Shown piece by piece: positions 41,581 through 51,649 of a DNA stretch of 58,466 nt (the first letter of the stretch is position 1; every line of letters begins with the position of its first letter). The translations under genes were made by a program, and so were the position numbers. The notes under the pieces are model-generated. The model did not search any database. It was not told where the DNA came from and was given only the letters and a program-made list of their open reading frames with translations. The stretch lies in NCBI GenBank assembly GCA_035650735.1, contig DASRGZ010000094.1, positions 1 to 58,466 of the forward strand, in the 5' to 3' direction. Source of the stretch: Chthonomonadaceae bacterium. Lineage in GTDB: Bacteria > Armatimonadota > Chthonomonadetes > Chthonomonadales > Chthonomonadaceae.

Positions 41581-42022
41581 GTTCATCAGGACTGCCATCC
41601 TTGTTGATGTACTTCCAGGTCGTACCGACAATCTTAGCATCTTGAGAAAGCTGTTCCTCTTCAATAAAGATGACGGTATCTAGATCAATATTCAGACAGC
41701 TATATTCGACGCTAATGTACCGCCCGAGTTGATGGAAGTAGAGGCAATCAGGAAAGAAATAGATCTGTTCCTTGCCAAAGTCTATGCAGTACGGTACAAC
41801 ATTAGACCTGACCGCTGGCGGTAAGAGGCTCAAAATCCGGGCTGGTCTGCGGCGAATAAGACTGGAAGCGCCTGCATGGCGCTTCCAATCATAATTAACC
41901 TCTTCGCGTTCCACCAGCCACAGGCGTTGTCTTCTACCAAGCTCGATCAGAGCCTGGTTCATCTCGTTCCACTGCCGGGTTGTAACCTCGTCCATCTCAT
42001 AGAACAGCGCGGAGACCTTCAT
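41581..42022 (-). pseudogene. Fragment of a conserved hypothetical protein (DUF4236-associated C-terminal region)
   Basis: QIYFFPD..., TWKYINKDGSPDERF; homology-like sequence stops abruptly at about 41580. Confidence 0.5.
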
Positions 42023-42061
42023 GCCGGTCTGATCCTGGGAAACAAAGTGTGGATGCGCCGG

Positions 42062-43648
42062 TTATTCAAATCGGAATACGCTGCTTCCAAACTTTACCAC
42101 GTCACCAGGGACCAATACCTGCATACTGATGCGCATGCCGTTGACGTAGGTGCCGTTGGAGGAGCCGTTGTCATAGATCACCAGGTCGCCGCCCTCGTTG
42201 GTAATCCGGGCGTGGTTGCGGGAGACGGTCGTATCGGCGGAGAGGACGATGTCTCGCCCCGGCTCCCGTCCCACCGTCATATTCTGGCTCGTCAGCAGAA
42301 AAACCTCCCCGGTATACGGGCCTTCGATTCCTACCAATCGGGGCATATCTGGACCTCCTCTGGGTACGATGCCGACGCCGCCGACCATCGGAGCGCCGGG
42401 TGGGGCGGGCGTGCCCGGGCCATAGCCGCTCATTCCCTGCATTCCGGCGCTGCTCCCTGCGCCCGGCGTCGGGTAGCCGCCATAGCCGGGAGGTGGCGCA
42501 CCGGCGGCGCCGATAGGGCTGCCGCCCACCGTGCACAGGCAGTTGCCGGAGGCATCTTTGGGAGCGCCGCAGAAGGGACACAGGTGCGCCGGCATGGGCA
42601 CTACGCCCGCCGGGGAGCCGGCCTTGCTGCGCGGCGTATCTACCGCAGGCCGGGCGATCTTGCTGGCGGTGGCCTTCTCGCGGAAAAGGATGCGGTGGCT
42701 GCCGATCTGGATCATATCGCCATCGCGCAGCAGCAGCTCGCCGCCGGGGGGAACGGGCTGGCCGTTGACGACGGTTCCGGTGGGCGTATGCGCGTCAATT
42801 AGGACGTGGCGGTTGCCGTCGGCGCGGATGGCCGCGTGCTGGATCCCGACGCTCGGATCGCCGTAGAGGGGCACGTCGCTGCGCTCATCCCGCCCCAGGA
42901 TGTTGAGCGGCTTGGAGAGAATGAAGTCCTTGCCCTCGTTGCGCCCGGCCAGCACTTTCACCCAGGCTTGCTTCATCAACTCCTGGACGAGGCCGATGAA
43001 CAGGCCGGTGAACCCGCCGATGGCCGTAAACCCGACCATGCGGCTAGGTCCGCCGCTATCGTGGACGCCCCCGGCGCCAACGGCTTCTTGCACCGGCGCA
43101 GAGCCCATCGCCAGCAGATCGAAAATGAAACCGCCCACGAACCCGCCGAGAAACCCGCCCAGCGCCCCTTGCCCGATGCGCTTGGGCGACCAGGTGGAGA
43201 TGGCCGAGCCCGCGCCCAGGCCCAATCCCATCAAGGCCCAGCCGAAAGCGCGCGCGATGACCTGCTGACCAAAGCTGAAGATACCGGGATTGGGAACGCC
43301 CTCACTCGTGCCGCCGAGCCTCTGGAAAATCCATTGGCCCATGAACAGCCCGATATAACCCAGGAAAAATCCGGCCACAACCCCAATAGCGATGCCCCGG
43401 ATCAGTTTGCGCCGCGATCCCTCGACGATGCCGTCCACCGCGCCCAGGAACAGGCCGATGCAGCCGCCCACGCAGAGGGCCAGGATGCGGGCCTCGCCGA
43501 TGGTCAGGCCCGTGTTGATCGCTCCCTGTCCCGGCAGCACGCCCGGAACGACATGGGCGTTGTAGTTGATCAGGTTCTCTTGCAGCAGCCAGCCTAGAAA
43601 GCCGCCGATCGTGCCGGCAAGCAGGCCGACCAATATCCGCGATATCAC
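42062..43648 (-). CDS. Multi-TM membrane protein with two FHA domains and a Zn ribbon
   Basis: Gly-rich TM helices; degenerate FHA (LGRDE..VGIQHA..TGT); CPFC..CLC; canonical FHA (VGR..VSRNHA..SSNGT). Confidence 0.92.
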   Translation of the reverse strand: MISRILVGLLAGTIGGFLGWLLQENLINYNAHVVPGVLPGQGAINTGLTIGEARILALCVGGCIGLFLGAVDGIVEGSRRKLIRGIAIGVVAGFFLGYIGLFMGQWIFQRLGGTSEGVPNPGIFSFGQQVIARAFGWALMGLGLGAGSAISTWSPKRIGQGALGGFLGGFVGGFIFDLLAMGSAPVQEAVGAGGVHDSGGPSRMVGFTAIGGFTGLFIGLVQELMKQAWVKVLAGRNEGKDFILSKPLNILGRDERSDVPLYGDPSVGIQHAAIRADGNRHVLIDAHTPTGTVVNGQPVPPGGELLLRDGDMIQIGSHRILFREKATASKIARPAVDTPRSKAGSPAGVVPMPAHLCPFCGAPKDASGNCLCTVGGSPIGAAGAPPPGYGGYPTPGAGSSAGMQGMSGYGPGTPAPPGAPMVGGVGIVPRGGPDMPRLVGIEGPYTGEVFLLTSQNMTVGREPGRDIVLSADTTVSRNHARITNEGGDLVIYDNGSSNGTYVNGMRISMQVLVPGDVVKFGSSVFRFE

Positions 43649-43783
43649 CCCGATCGCTCCTTCTCTGCCTCCAGGGAACCCCGAACGCGCTTAGAGTCCC
43701 TACCAAAACCTGGCTGTCAGGCTCTCCCCTCACCCCGGCCCCCTCCCTGCAAAGTAGAGGGAGAACGGTTGTGTTAGACGCGC

Positions 43784-45082
43784 TTAAAGCTCAAATCGGA
43801 AGTGCGTGGTGCCGATTATCACTTCGTCGCCAGGCCGCAGGGGCTGGGGCCTCTGGCTGGTGATGCGAACGCCGTTGACGTAGGTGCCGTTGGAGGAGCC
43901 GTCGTCTACGAGAATGTACTGCCCATTGCTCACCTGGATATGGGCGTGGCGGCGGGAGGTCGCGTTATCCTGGGTGAGCGCAATGGCGTTGGCCGCCTCC
44001 CGCCCGATGGCGACATGCGACTCGGCGAGCGGGAAGATAGAGCCGGCATAGGTGCCCATTGTGGCGACCAGGCGCGGCCCAACCTGGGGCACATTGGTGG
44101 CCCCACCCGCCGGGGCTACGGCCTCAGAGGGCACGGGGCTCGGGCGGGCCTTGCCGCCTGGGCCGGCAAAGGCCGGAACCGGCTGGCCCATCGTGGGCGC
44201 AGGCTGAATGCCTAACTTTCCAAACAGGCTGTTCAGCTTCCCGGAATCGACCAGCCAGAACAGGCCCACCGCCAGAACGACGACGCCGATCAGGGTGCTC
44301 ACCAGCGCGCCGACCAGGCCGTTATTGGGCGACGGTGTCTGCTGGACCGGCGCAGGAGGCAGGGACACAGCGGCCTTTGGCGCCGCGACCGCCTGGATCC
44401 CGGTCCAGTTGGTCGGAACCTCGACTTTCTTGTTCAGGACATAGGCGCCGTTCTGTTGGGTCACCTCGCCGACGGTCGGCGAGCTAGCCGCACCATTGCT
44501 TACCGTGACGGTTACCTGCTTATTGAGAGGCACATCCGTAAACCGCGCATACCCATTATCGGAAGGCTGAAGCCAGTAGTTTCTGCGTACGGTCCCCCAC
44601 TCCTCATCCGGGTACTGCAAGCTCACCAGCAGCCCTTGCACCGGCTGGTCATTCCAGACAACCGGCACCTGGACGGTCTGCGCATAGGTAAAATCCTTCT
44701 CGTCCAGCGTCAGGGCGCTGCTGCTGCGGATGGGCAGGTGCGCCACTTTGCCGGTAGCCACGTCCAGCACTTCCAGGCGCGGATTGTTCTGGAAGCCGGG
44801 GGGCACGGCGATGGGCGTTTTCAGTGGCGCCGGAGCGGTGGCGGCGTTGGAGCGCGTGGTAAACCAGTAGACCAGATTACCGCCGGCTTTGATCTGGAGC
44901 GGAACCTGAGTCACCTGGCGCTGCGCCAATGCTGGATGACCCGCCAGGGCGCACACGATCAGCGCCAGAATACCTCCAAACCGCCTGGCCCATCCCGGCA
45001 GCCGGCCCCTCGGATGCAGGGAATCGGCCCGGGTCAGTCCTCGCTCTTGCAACCGACAGCGCGACGACAGGTTGTGGGTCAT
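43784..45082 (-). CDS. Single-pass membrane protein: extracellular beta-rich domain plus cytoplasmic FHA
   Basis: Signal-like segment, TM, IGR..TSRRHA..DGSSNGT. Confidence 0.9.
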   Translation of the reverse strand: MTHNLSSRCRLQERGLTRADSLHPRGRLPGWARRFGGILALIVCALAGHPALAQRQVTQVPLQIKAGGNLVYWFTTRSNAATAPAPLKTPIAVPPGFQNNPRLEVLDVATGKVAHLPIRSSSALTLDEKDFTYAQTVQVPVVWNDQPVQGLLVSLQYPDEEWGTVRRNYWLQPSDNGYARFTDVPLNKQVTVTVSNGAASSPTVGEVTQQNGAYVLNKKVEVPTNWTGIQAVAAPKAAVSLPPAPVQQTPSPNNGLVGALVSTLIGVVVLAVGLFWLVDSGKLNSLFGKLGIQPAPTMGQPVPAFAGPGGKARPSPVPSEAVAPAGGATNVPQVGPRLVATMGTYAGSIFPLAESHVAIGREAANAIALTQDNATSRRHAHIQVSNGQYILVDDGSSNGTYVNGVRITSQRPQPLRPGDEVIIGTTHFRFEL

Positions 45083-46683
45083 CTATCTTCCTCCAGCTCT
45101 CTAATTGCAGCAGGTAAACAGGCAATGAGATCGCCCGCGACGAGGCCAGCCTCTCCGACTCGCGCGGCGGCCCTATCGCCTGCCGCTCCATGCAGGTAGA
45201 CGGCCAGCGCGGCGGCCTCAGCCGAGCCTAGCGTGGCCGCGCGATACGCCTCCAGATCCTCTAGATCTTTACCTGGGGCCAGGCCCTGCGCCAGCAAGCC
45301 ACCCACCGCGCCGGTCAGCGCGTCTCCCGTGCCGCCCGTCGCCATGCCCGGATTGCCGGTAGTATTGATGGCGACGGCGCCCTCCGGGTCGGCGATGAGC
45401 GTATGGCGTCCTTTAAGGACGGCGACCGCGCGGAACCTGCGGGCCAATTCGCGGGCCGCCGCCATACGGTCAGACTGTATGGCGGCGATGGAGGTTCCCA
45501 GCAGCCGGGCGGCCTCTCCAGGATGGGGTGTAAGGATCAAGGGAGCGCGCGGGTTCTCCGGGCGCTGCGCGGCCACTTCCGGACGCTGCGCCAGGGCGTT
45601 GAGCCCATCGGCGTCGAGCACCATTGGTTTTGGGAGCTCGGCCAGGAGGCGCTGCACCAGCGCAACGACGCCGGGCGCCGTGGTCAGGCCCGGGCCGACG
45701 CAGAGCACCGTCGCCTTCTTAGCAAAACCGGCGATCACGTCGAAGGCGGCTTCCGAGGGCGCGCCCTCGGCTTCCGGCAGGGGCAGGGTCATCTGCTCGT
45801 CGAGTTTGGCGGCGATGATCGGCTGCACGCAGGACGCCGCCAGCACCGTGACCAATCCAGCCCCCACGCGCTGCGCGGCCCGCGCCACCATCGAGGGAGC
45901 ACCGGCCATGCCCCGCGATCCGCCGATAATGGCGACATGCCCGTAATCTCCTTTATTGGAATCCGAGTTGCGTTTCTTCAGATGCGCCTGTAATTCCTTC
46001 TTGGTGAGCAGGCGAATGGAAGTTTCGGCGGGCAGGCTCTCCCAATCGAAGCCGATGTCGGCCACATGCAGCTTCCCGACGCAGTCGGCGCCGGGGAAGA
46101 GGAACAGGCCGAGCTTGGGATAGGCGAAGGTGACGGTCTGGCAGGCGCGAACGGCTTCGCCCGGCGTCGCGCCCGTATCGGCATCCACGCCGGAGGGGAT
46201 GTCTACGGCCAGAACGGGACAGCGGGCGGCGTTGATGCGCCGGATGGCGTCCCGGTAGGCTCCGCGCGGGGCCTCTTTGATTCCGGTGCCCAGCAGAGCG
46301 TCCAGGATCAGGGCCGCGCCATCCAGGGAAACGCGATCCGGGGGCGTGTCCTCGGCGAGGACGAGAGGGATGTCCATGCGCCGGACCAGCTCGAAATGGA
46401 TCCGCGCGTCGTCCTTGAGGGAAGCCGGATTGCCGGCCAGATAGACAAACGGGGCCGCGCCCACCAGGCGCAGGTGCCGCGCCGCGACGAACCCATCCCC
46501 GCCATTATTGCCCGCGCCACAAAAGACGGCGACGCGCTTGCCCTGAAGCGGCCCATATTCGCGCGCAAGGACCTCCACGACGGCCCGCCCGGCGTTTTCC
46601 ATCAGCACCGCGCCGGGCATGCCGAATTCCTCGATGGCCTGCCGGTCCATCGCCCGCATCTGTTCCGCCGTGACGACCTTCAT
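45079..46683 (-). CDS. nnr: Bifunctional NAD(P)H-hydrate epimerase/dehydratase (NnrE-NnrD)
   Basis: LMENAG, GNNGGDG, DALLGTG, DIPSG, KGDYG, TPHPGEA, MATGGTGD motifs. Confidence 0.97.
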   Translation of the reverse strand: MKVVTAEQMRAMDRQAIEEFGMPGAVLMENAGRAVVEVLAREYGPLQGKRVAVFCGAGNNGGDGFVAARHLRLVGAAPFVYLAGNPASLKDDARIHFELVRRMDIPLVLAEDTPPDRVSLDGAALILDALLGTGIKEAPRGAYRDAIRRINAARCPVLAVDIPSGVDADTGATPGEAVRACQTVTFAYPKLGLFLFPGADCVGKLHVADIGFDWESLPAETSIRLLTKKELQAHLKKRNSDSNKGDYGHVAIIGGSRGMAGAPSMVARAAQRVGAGLVTVLAASCVQPIIAAKLDEQMTLPLPEAEGAPSEAAFDVIAGFAKKATVLCVGPGLTTAPGVVALVQRLLAELPKPMVLDADGLNALAQRPEVAAQRPENPRAPLILTPHPGEAARLLGTSIAAIQSDRMAAARELARRFRAVAVLKGRHTLIADPEGAVAINTTGNPGMATGGTGDALTGAVGGLLAQGLAPGKDLEDLEAYRAATLGSAEAAALAVYLHGAAGDRAAARVGEAGLVAGDLIACLPAAIRELEEDR

Positions 46684-46943
46684 CGCTGCTGATTGGCCCC
46701 CTGCAATTCTGCTTTTATGTTAGCAGATTTGCCCTCGGAACGCAAGCCGTCCCAATGGGTCCGGGTCTGTTCCAGTTAGCCGTCCGCAAACGGGTAGACA
46801 TTGCAGCCCGATTCCGGCAGTTCTACTGATCAGGTTCGGGCGTGCGCCGCCATATAATTCCAGGCAATGCGCTCTCTGCCCCTGGCGGAGGAGTGCTAGA
46901 GAGTTGTGCCGTTCACTTGGCGCGCGCTAAGGAGGTAGAAAGA

Positions 46944-47330
46944 GTGGCAGAAAGACGTAGAGGTTCCCGCTATGCCCTCGGCTTTGCCGTGCGCATGGGC
47001 CACCGCGAACTGGGCGTGGTGCGTGCCCGTCTGCTCGACGCCAGCCTTTCCGGCTTCCGCCTGGTCTCGCCGGTCCGCTATCGAGTCGGGGACATGCCGG
47101 AGTTTGAGATCTGGGCTCCCCCTACCTGCGCCATTCGCGGCCTCGGACAGATCGTCTGGGCGCAGACGCAGGGAACCAAGAGTTATGTGCTGGGCATCCG
47201 CTTGGTACGCCTGGAGGATGAAGGCAGTAAACAGCTAAACGAGCGCCTCCTGGAGGCGCGGCGGCAGAAATGGCAGGGCCCGTCCGTCCCGACAGCACGC
47301 GATCCCAGGCCCACTCTGAGCAAGCGATAA
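46944..47330 (+). CDS. Stand-alone PilZ-domain protein
   Basis: ERRRGSR (RxxxR) and DASLSG (DxSxxG); GTG 46944 after AAGGAGG. Confidence 0.85.
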   Translation: MAERRRGSRYALGFAVRMGHRELGVVRARLLDASLSGFRLVSPVRYRVGDMPEFEIWAPPTCAIRGLGQIVWAQTQGTKSYVLGIRLVRLEDEGSKQLNERLLEARRQKWQGPSVPTARDPRPTLSKR

Positions 47331-47345
47331 AGTCGGCGGCAGGGT

Positions 47346-48656
47346 TTAGCCGGACGAAGGCGCTTGCGATGACTCAAGCAGTTGCAGGATCTCCGCCCGC
47401 TGGAAGTGCCTGGCCCATCCCAGCGGCGTCGCATGGAACACGGCATCCTCAATGGCTAAGTCTGGATTGGCCGCCAGCACGAGGCGTGCCAGCTCGATGT
47501 CGTTGCGCTCCACGGCGACGTGCAAAGGCGTCGTCTGCATCTCCCCCAGGCGCTGGTTAGCCAGTTCTGGGCGGGCTGCCAGCAGTTGCGGCACCCGTTC
47601 TCTCCATCCCAGATCCCAGGCGGAAACCACATCGAGGATCGCGCCGTGGGCGATGAGCCATTCTGCGGCGGCGCGCTGCTCGGCATGGACGGCAAGCTGA
47701 AGGAGCGTCATCCCATTGGGTAGCGGCATATCCAGAGTCCGGGCCGTTGTCTGTTTACCCAGCGCTGCCAGGGCCTCCTGGTCGCCGCGCCCCACGGCCT
47801 CGGCCAGGGTGACCTGCTCCGGCGTGGGCGGATGCGCTTCCAGCCGGGGCACATTCAGCCACCAGGTCCATCCATATCCGATCCGGTCGAAGCCAATCTG
47901 CCGATACATCCGTTCGCCCGTGGCGTTGAGCAGTGCATGGCGGCACCCCAACGCTAGCGCCTGCTGACAGGCGGCGATGGTGACTGCCTTCCCTATTCCC
48001 TGATTGCGGGCTTCAGGAACGACCCCCACATTGTAGATGCCGGCCACGCCCAGCGGGCCCGTAGTGAGAAACAGGGTGCTCTGCCCCACCGTCCTGCCGT
48101 CTAGAAAGGCGGCAAAACGCCACATCCGCCGGGGCTGAAGGCCCGTGATCGCATGCTGGACGGCGGCCATGTCGGCGTCGTAGTAGGGAAGATTGTCCGC
48201 ATCAGGAAGGTCTGCCGCGTCGAGAACTTCGACCTTAAGCCCCTCCGGCCAGGGATGGACGGCCTGCATCTGCTCCAGGTCCAGCCACATCCAGCAGGGA
48301 CGCCAGCCCAACTGGAAACCGCGCGCCAGCAGCGGAACCTCCAGATCCGGCGGCTGCGGCGGGTCCAGCGACCAGCATCCGACCAGCTTCTCCGGCTGTC
48401 GCTCCCGGTAGTAGCCCACGATGGCGTCAAGCTGCTGGCCCGCGTTGGCCTCCGCGAGCCGGGGAAAGAGGATCATGCTCTCCCCTTTCGGCCCGGCGTA
48501 GGTCCAGGTCACCCCCTCCGCCTGGTGCGCCTCGCCCCCGGCGGCAAGCGCCTGGAGGACGAAGAGCTCGCGATGGTTCCAGGCAACGGCCTCCAGGAGT
48601 TGATCGCGAGTCGGGTTCTGAAGAAAGATCGGTTCCGGCGTTGCCGGCGCGCTCAT
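47346..48656 (-). CDS. GNAT acetyltransferase fused to ankyrin repeats
   Basis: VGVVPEARNQGIG; TLLQLAV, TPLHVAV, TPLGWA. Confidence 0.9.
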   Translation of the reverse strand: MSAPATPEPIFLQNPTRDQLLEAVAWNHRELFVLQALAAGGEAHQAEGVTWTYAGPKGESMILFPRLAEANAGQQLDAIVGYYRERQPEKLVGCWSLDPPQPPDLEVPLLARGFQLGWRPCWMWLDLEQMQAVHPWPEGLKVEVLDAADLPDADNLPYYDADMAAVQHAITGLQPRRMWRFAAFLDGRTVGQSTLFLTTGPLGVAGIYNVGVVPEARNQGIGKAVTIAACQQALALGCRHALLNATGERMYRQIGFDRIGYGWTWWLNVPRLEAHPPTPEQVTLAEAVGRGDQEALAALGKQTTARTLDMPLPNGMTLLQLAVHAEQRAAAEWLIAHGAILDVVSAWDLGWRERVPQLLAARPELANQRLGEMQTTPLHVAVERNDIELARLVLAANPDLAIEDAVFHATPLGWARHFQRAEILQLLESSQAPSSG

Positions 48657-48669
48657 GTGCGCTCCTCCC

Positions 48670-49548
48670 TTATTTCACCAATCCGGCGGCGCGCAGGCGG
48701 CGCTTGATCGCCACGCCCAGATAGAGCAGTTCGTTCTTAATCAGCCCCATCAGCATGACGCCGCGCATGGCAAGGCGGGCCGGCAGCCCCGCCGTCTTTT
48801 GATAGTAGATGAGCTGGCTGCGGAACAGGCGTGCGGTCATGGCACGGCTCTGCTGGCGGACGCTGCCCATCCAGTGATGCACGACGCGCGCTTGCGGCAC
48901 ATAGTAGACCTTCCAGCCGGCCCGCCGGATGCGCCAACACCACTCGATCTCCTCGTAGAACATAAAAAAGTCCTCGTCGAACATCCCAACCTGCTCCATG
49001 ACCGCGCGGCGCACCAGCAGGCACGCGCCGGAGACCTGATCGACCTCGCACTCCACGTCGAAATTATCGCGTCCGTACTCCAGTACGCGGTCGAAGGCGG
49101 CGCGGTTGAGGTTGCGCAGGCCGGAGACGCCCAGAAACTCGCGCCAGGGGGTGGGAAAGCGGCGTCCGTTGTGCTGGAGCGAGCCGTCGGAGTTGAGGAG
49201 CTTGGGGCCGCAGGCGCCGGCCTCCGGGTGCGCCTCCATGAAGCGGACGAGCGCGGTCAGGGAGCCAGGCTCGGCCTCGGTGTCGGGATTGAGCGCCAGG
49301 ACATAGCGCCCCTTGCTGAGCGCCAGCGCCTGGTTGTTGGCACGCGCAAACCCGGGATTATCTGTGTTGGCGATCAGATGCACCTGTGGGAACTCGGCGG
49401 CCACCATCCCCGCGCTGTCGTCCGGCGAGGCGTTGTCCACGACGAACGTTTCGAACTCCAGCCCTTCGGCGGCGGCAGGCAGAGCGCACAGGCAGGCCCG
49501 CAGCATCTCCCGCGTATTATAGCTAACAATAACAACAGAAAGGTCCAT
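48670..49548 (-). CDS. Glycosyltransferase family 2 (WbbL-like)
   Basis: VVDNASPD, GFARANN, LNPD, SGACLL, FFMFYEE motifs. Confidence 0.95.
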   Translation of the reverse strand: MDLSVVIVSYNTREMLRACLCALPAAAEGLEFETFVVDNASPDDSAGMVAAEFPQVHLIANTDNPGFARANNQALALSKGRYVLALNPDTEAEPGSLTALVRFMEAHPEAGACGPKLLNSDGSLQHNGRRFPTPWREFLGVSGLRNLNRAAFDRVLEYGRDNFDVECEVDQVSGACLLVRRAVMEQVGMFDEDFFMFYEEIEWCWRIRRAGWKVYYVPQARVVHHWMGSVRQQSRAMTARLFRSQLIYYQKTAGLPARLAMRGVMLMGLIKNELLYLGVAIKRRLRAAGLVK

Positions 49549-49578
49549 ACTCTTCTATACGTGTAGAAAAGGCCTTTC

Positions 49579-49698
49579 AACAGGATTTACAAGATTTCTA
49601 AAACCAATTGAGCATTTGCACAAGCCCTGTTTGTGTCTCCTGTCTAGCCCTAATCCTGTAAATCCTGAGAAATCCTGAGAAATCCTGTTCATCCTGTT
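49579..49698. repeat. AATCCTG short-unit inverted/tandem repeat element
   Basis: AACAGGATTTACAAGATTT inverted against five (A)ATCCTG units at 49652-49698. Confidence 0.7.
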
Positions 49699-49706
49699 GG
49701 AATCTT

Positions 49707-51518
49707 TCATCGGGACATGGCGGCCAGCAGATCGGCATATTTTTCCGCGACGAACCGGCGCTTGACCTTGAGCGTCGGCGTCAGCTCGCCCGTCTCGATG
49801 TCAAACGGCTGCGAAACGAGCTTGAACCGCCGTATCTTTTCGAAGTCAGCCAGATGCGCGGTCGTTTGATCGATCTCGGCCCGGTAGAGCTTCTGCACCT
49901 CTGGGCTGGCGACCAGGGCCGCAACGTCATTGGCCGGCAACTCCTGCGAGCGGGCCCAGGCCAGGAGCTTATCGAAGGCCGGCACCAGGATCGCCATTAC
50001 AGTAGATTGCTTATCGCCGAAAAGTACGGCCTCCTGGATGAAGGGGCTATGCTTGAGCATCCCCTCAATGGGCTGGGGCGCCACTTTCTTGCCGTTGGAG
50101 AGAACGATAATATCCTTCTTGCGGTCGGTGATCTTAAGGTAACCATCTGGAGACATCTCGCCGATGTCGCCGGTATGGAACCATCCCTCGGCGTCAATCG
50201 CCTCGGCGGTCGCCTCCGGCTTGTTCCAGTAGCCCTGCATACGTCCGGGGCCGCGCATCAGGATCTCGCCGTCCTCCCCAAACTTCAGTTCCACGCCCGG
50301 CAGCGGATTGCCAACCGTGCCGATGCGCTCTTTGCCGGGCCGATTGACCGCGATGATGCTCGTCTCCGAAAGCCCGTAGCCTTCCAGCAGTTCGACCCCG
50401 ATGCCCAGGAAGAACGCCGCCGTCTCCGGGTCCAGCGGTGCGCCGCCGGAGACGAAATAGCGCAGGCGTCCGCCCGTGATCTTTTCCCGAATGGTAGGGA
50501 GAATAAATCGCTCGGCTACAAGGTGCTGAAGGCGCAGCGCCAGCCCGATCTCCTGCCCTACCGAGCGGCGGCGCGCGATCTCGGTGCCGACCCGCACGGC
50601 CCATTCCGCCTTGCTGCGCCGGTTCTCCGGCTCTCGCGCCATACGTTCTCTGGCCTTTTCCGCCATGTTCTCAAAGAGTCGGGGCACACAGAGCATGGCC
50701 GTCGGCCGCACGGTCATGGTAAGCTCGTTGGCGATTGCGGAGAGGCCCTGTGAGTAGACGATGCAGGCCCCGGCGCGCAGCGGCAGGTAGTAGCCGCCGA
50801 CGCGCTCGGTGATATGGCTGAGCGGCAGGAAGGAGAGGAAAATATCGTCGGGCGTGATCTCGATGTTGGTCTTCTCCATCACGACGTCGGGCGTATCCAG
50901 CAGGTTCGCGTGCGTCAGCATCGCGCCCTTGGGATCGCCCGTCGTGCCGGAGGTATAGATCAGCGTGGCGATGTCTTCAGGCTTTACGGCGGCGGCCAGC
51001 GCGTCCAACGCCGCCTCGTCTGGGCCAGCCGCCTCCCCACGCCGGTAGACCTCCTCAAAGGGCAGGATGTTCTGCATCTCCAGCTTTTCCGGCTCGCCCT
51101 CCATCGCGACGACCGTTTCCAGCGTCGGGACCTCGCCGCGAAACTCGGCGACCTTGGCGATCTGCCTGGCGTCGGAGACGACGAGGAGACGCGCGCCGGA
51201 GTCGCGGAGATAGTAGCTGACCTGGGCGGCGGGCAACGTGCCGTAGATGGGCACGGTGATCACTCCGAGGGACTGCGCGGCCAGATCGCAAATCGCCCAC
51301 TCAACGCGATTGTGCTGGGAGATCAGCGCGAGACGCTCGCCCTTTTTGAGGCCCAGCCCGGCCAGCCCGCGCCGAAACCGGCGCACCCGCTCGGCCAGCT
51401 CGGAGTAGGTCCAATAGGTAATCTCTTCCGCCTTGTCCTCCTTGAACCCGACGGCGCGACGCGCGCCATGTGCCCGAACGGTCTCCAGAAACATTTGATA
51501 GATGGTGCGGCCTTCCAT
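49707..51518 (-). CDS. fadD: Long-chain fatty-acid--CoA ligase
   Basis: YTSGTTGDPKG, EGYGLSET, WFHTGDIG, DRKKD, ELTPTLK motifs. Confidence 0.95.
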   Translation of the reverse strand: MEGRTIYQMFLETVRAHGARRAVGFKEDKAEEITYWTYSELAERVRRFRRGLAGLGLKKGERLALISQHNRVEWAICDLAAQSLGVITVPIYGTLPAAQVSYYLRDSGARLLVVSDARQIAKVAEFRGEVPTLETVVAMEGEPEKLEMQNILPFEEVYRRGEAAGPDEAALDALAAAVKPEDIATLIYTSGTTGDPKGAMLTHANLLDTPDVVMEKTNIEITPDDIFLSFLPLSHITERVGGYYLPLRAGACIVYSQGLSAIANELTMTVRPTAMLCVPRLFENMAEKARERMAREPENRRSKAEWAVRVGTEIARRRSVGQEIGLALRLQHLVAERFILPTIREKITGGRLRYFVSGGAPLDPETAAFFLGIGVELLEGYGLSETSIIAVNRPGKERIGTVGNPLPGVELKFGEDGEILMRGPGRMQGYWNKPEATAEAIDAEGWFHTGDIGEMSPDGYLKITDRKKDIIVLSNGKKVAPQPIEGMLKHSPFIQEAVLFGDKQSTVMAILVPAFDKLLAWARSQELPANDVAALVASPEVQKLYRAEIDQTTAHLADFEKIRRFKLVSQPFDIETGELTPTLKVKRRFVAEKYADLLAAMSR

Positions 51519-51649
51519 GTCGTCACTCCCCTCCCCTCGGCTAAATATCGCTTTTCAATTTATCAGGAAATAGACGGCGCGGAAAGGGCCGAAAGACCTA
51601 TCCTGCGTGGGGCAGAGTTCTATTTTTTCTAGGGCTATTATAAGGCGCC

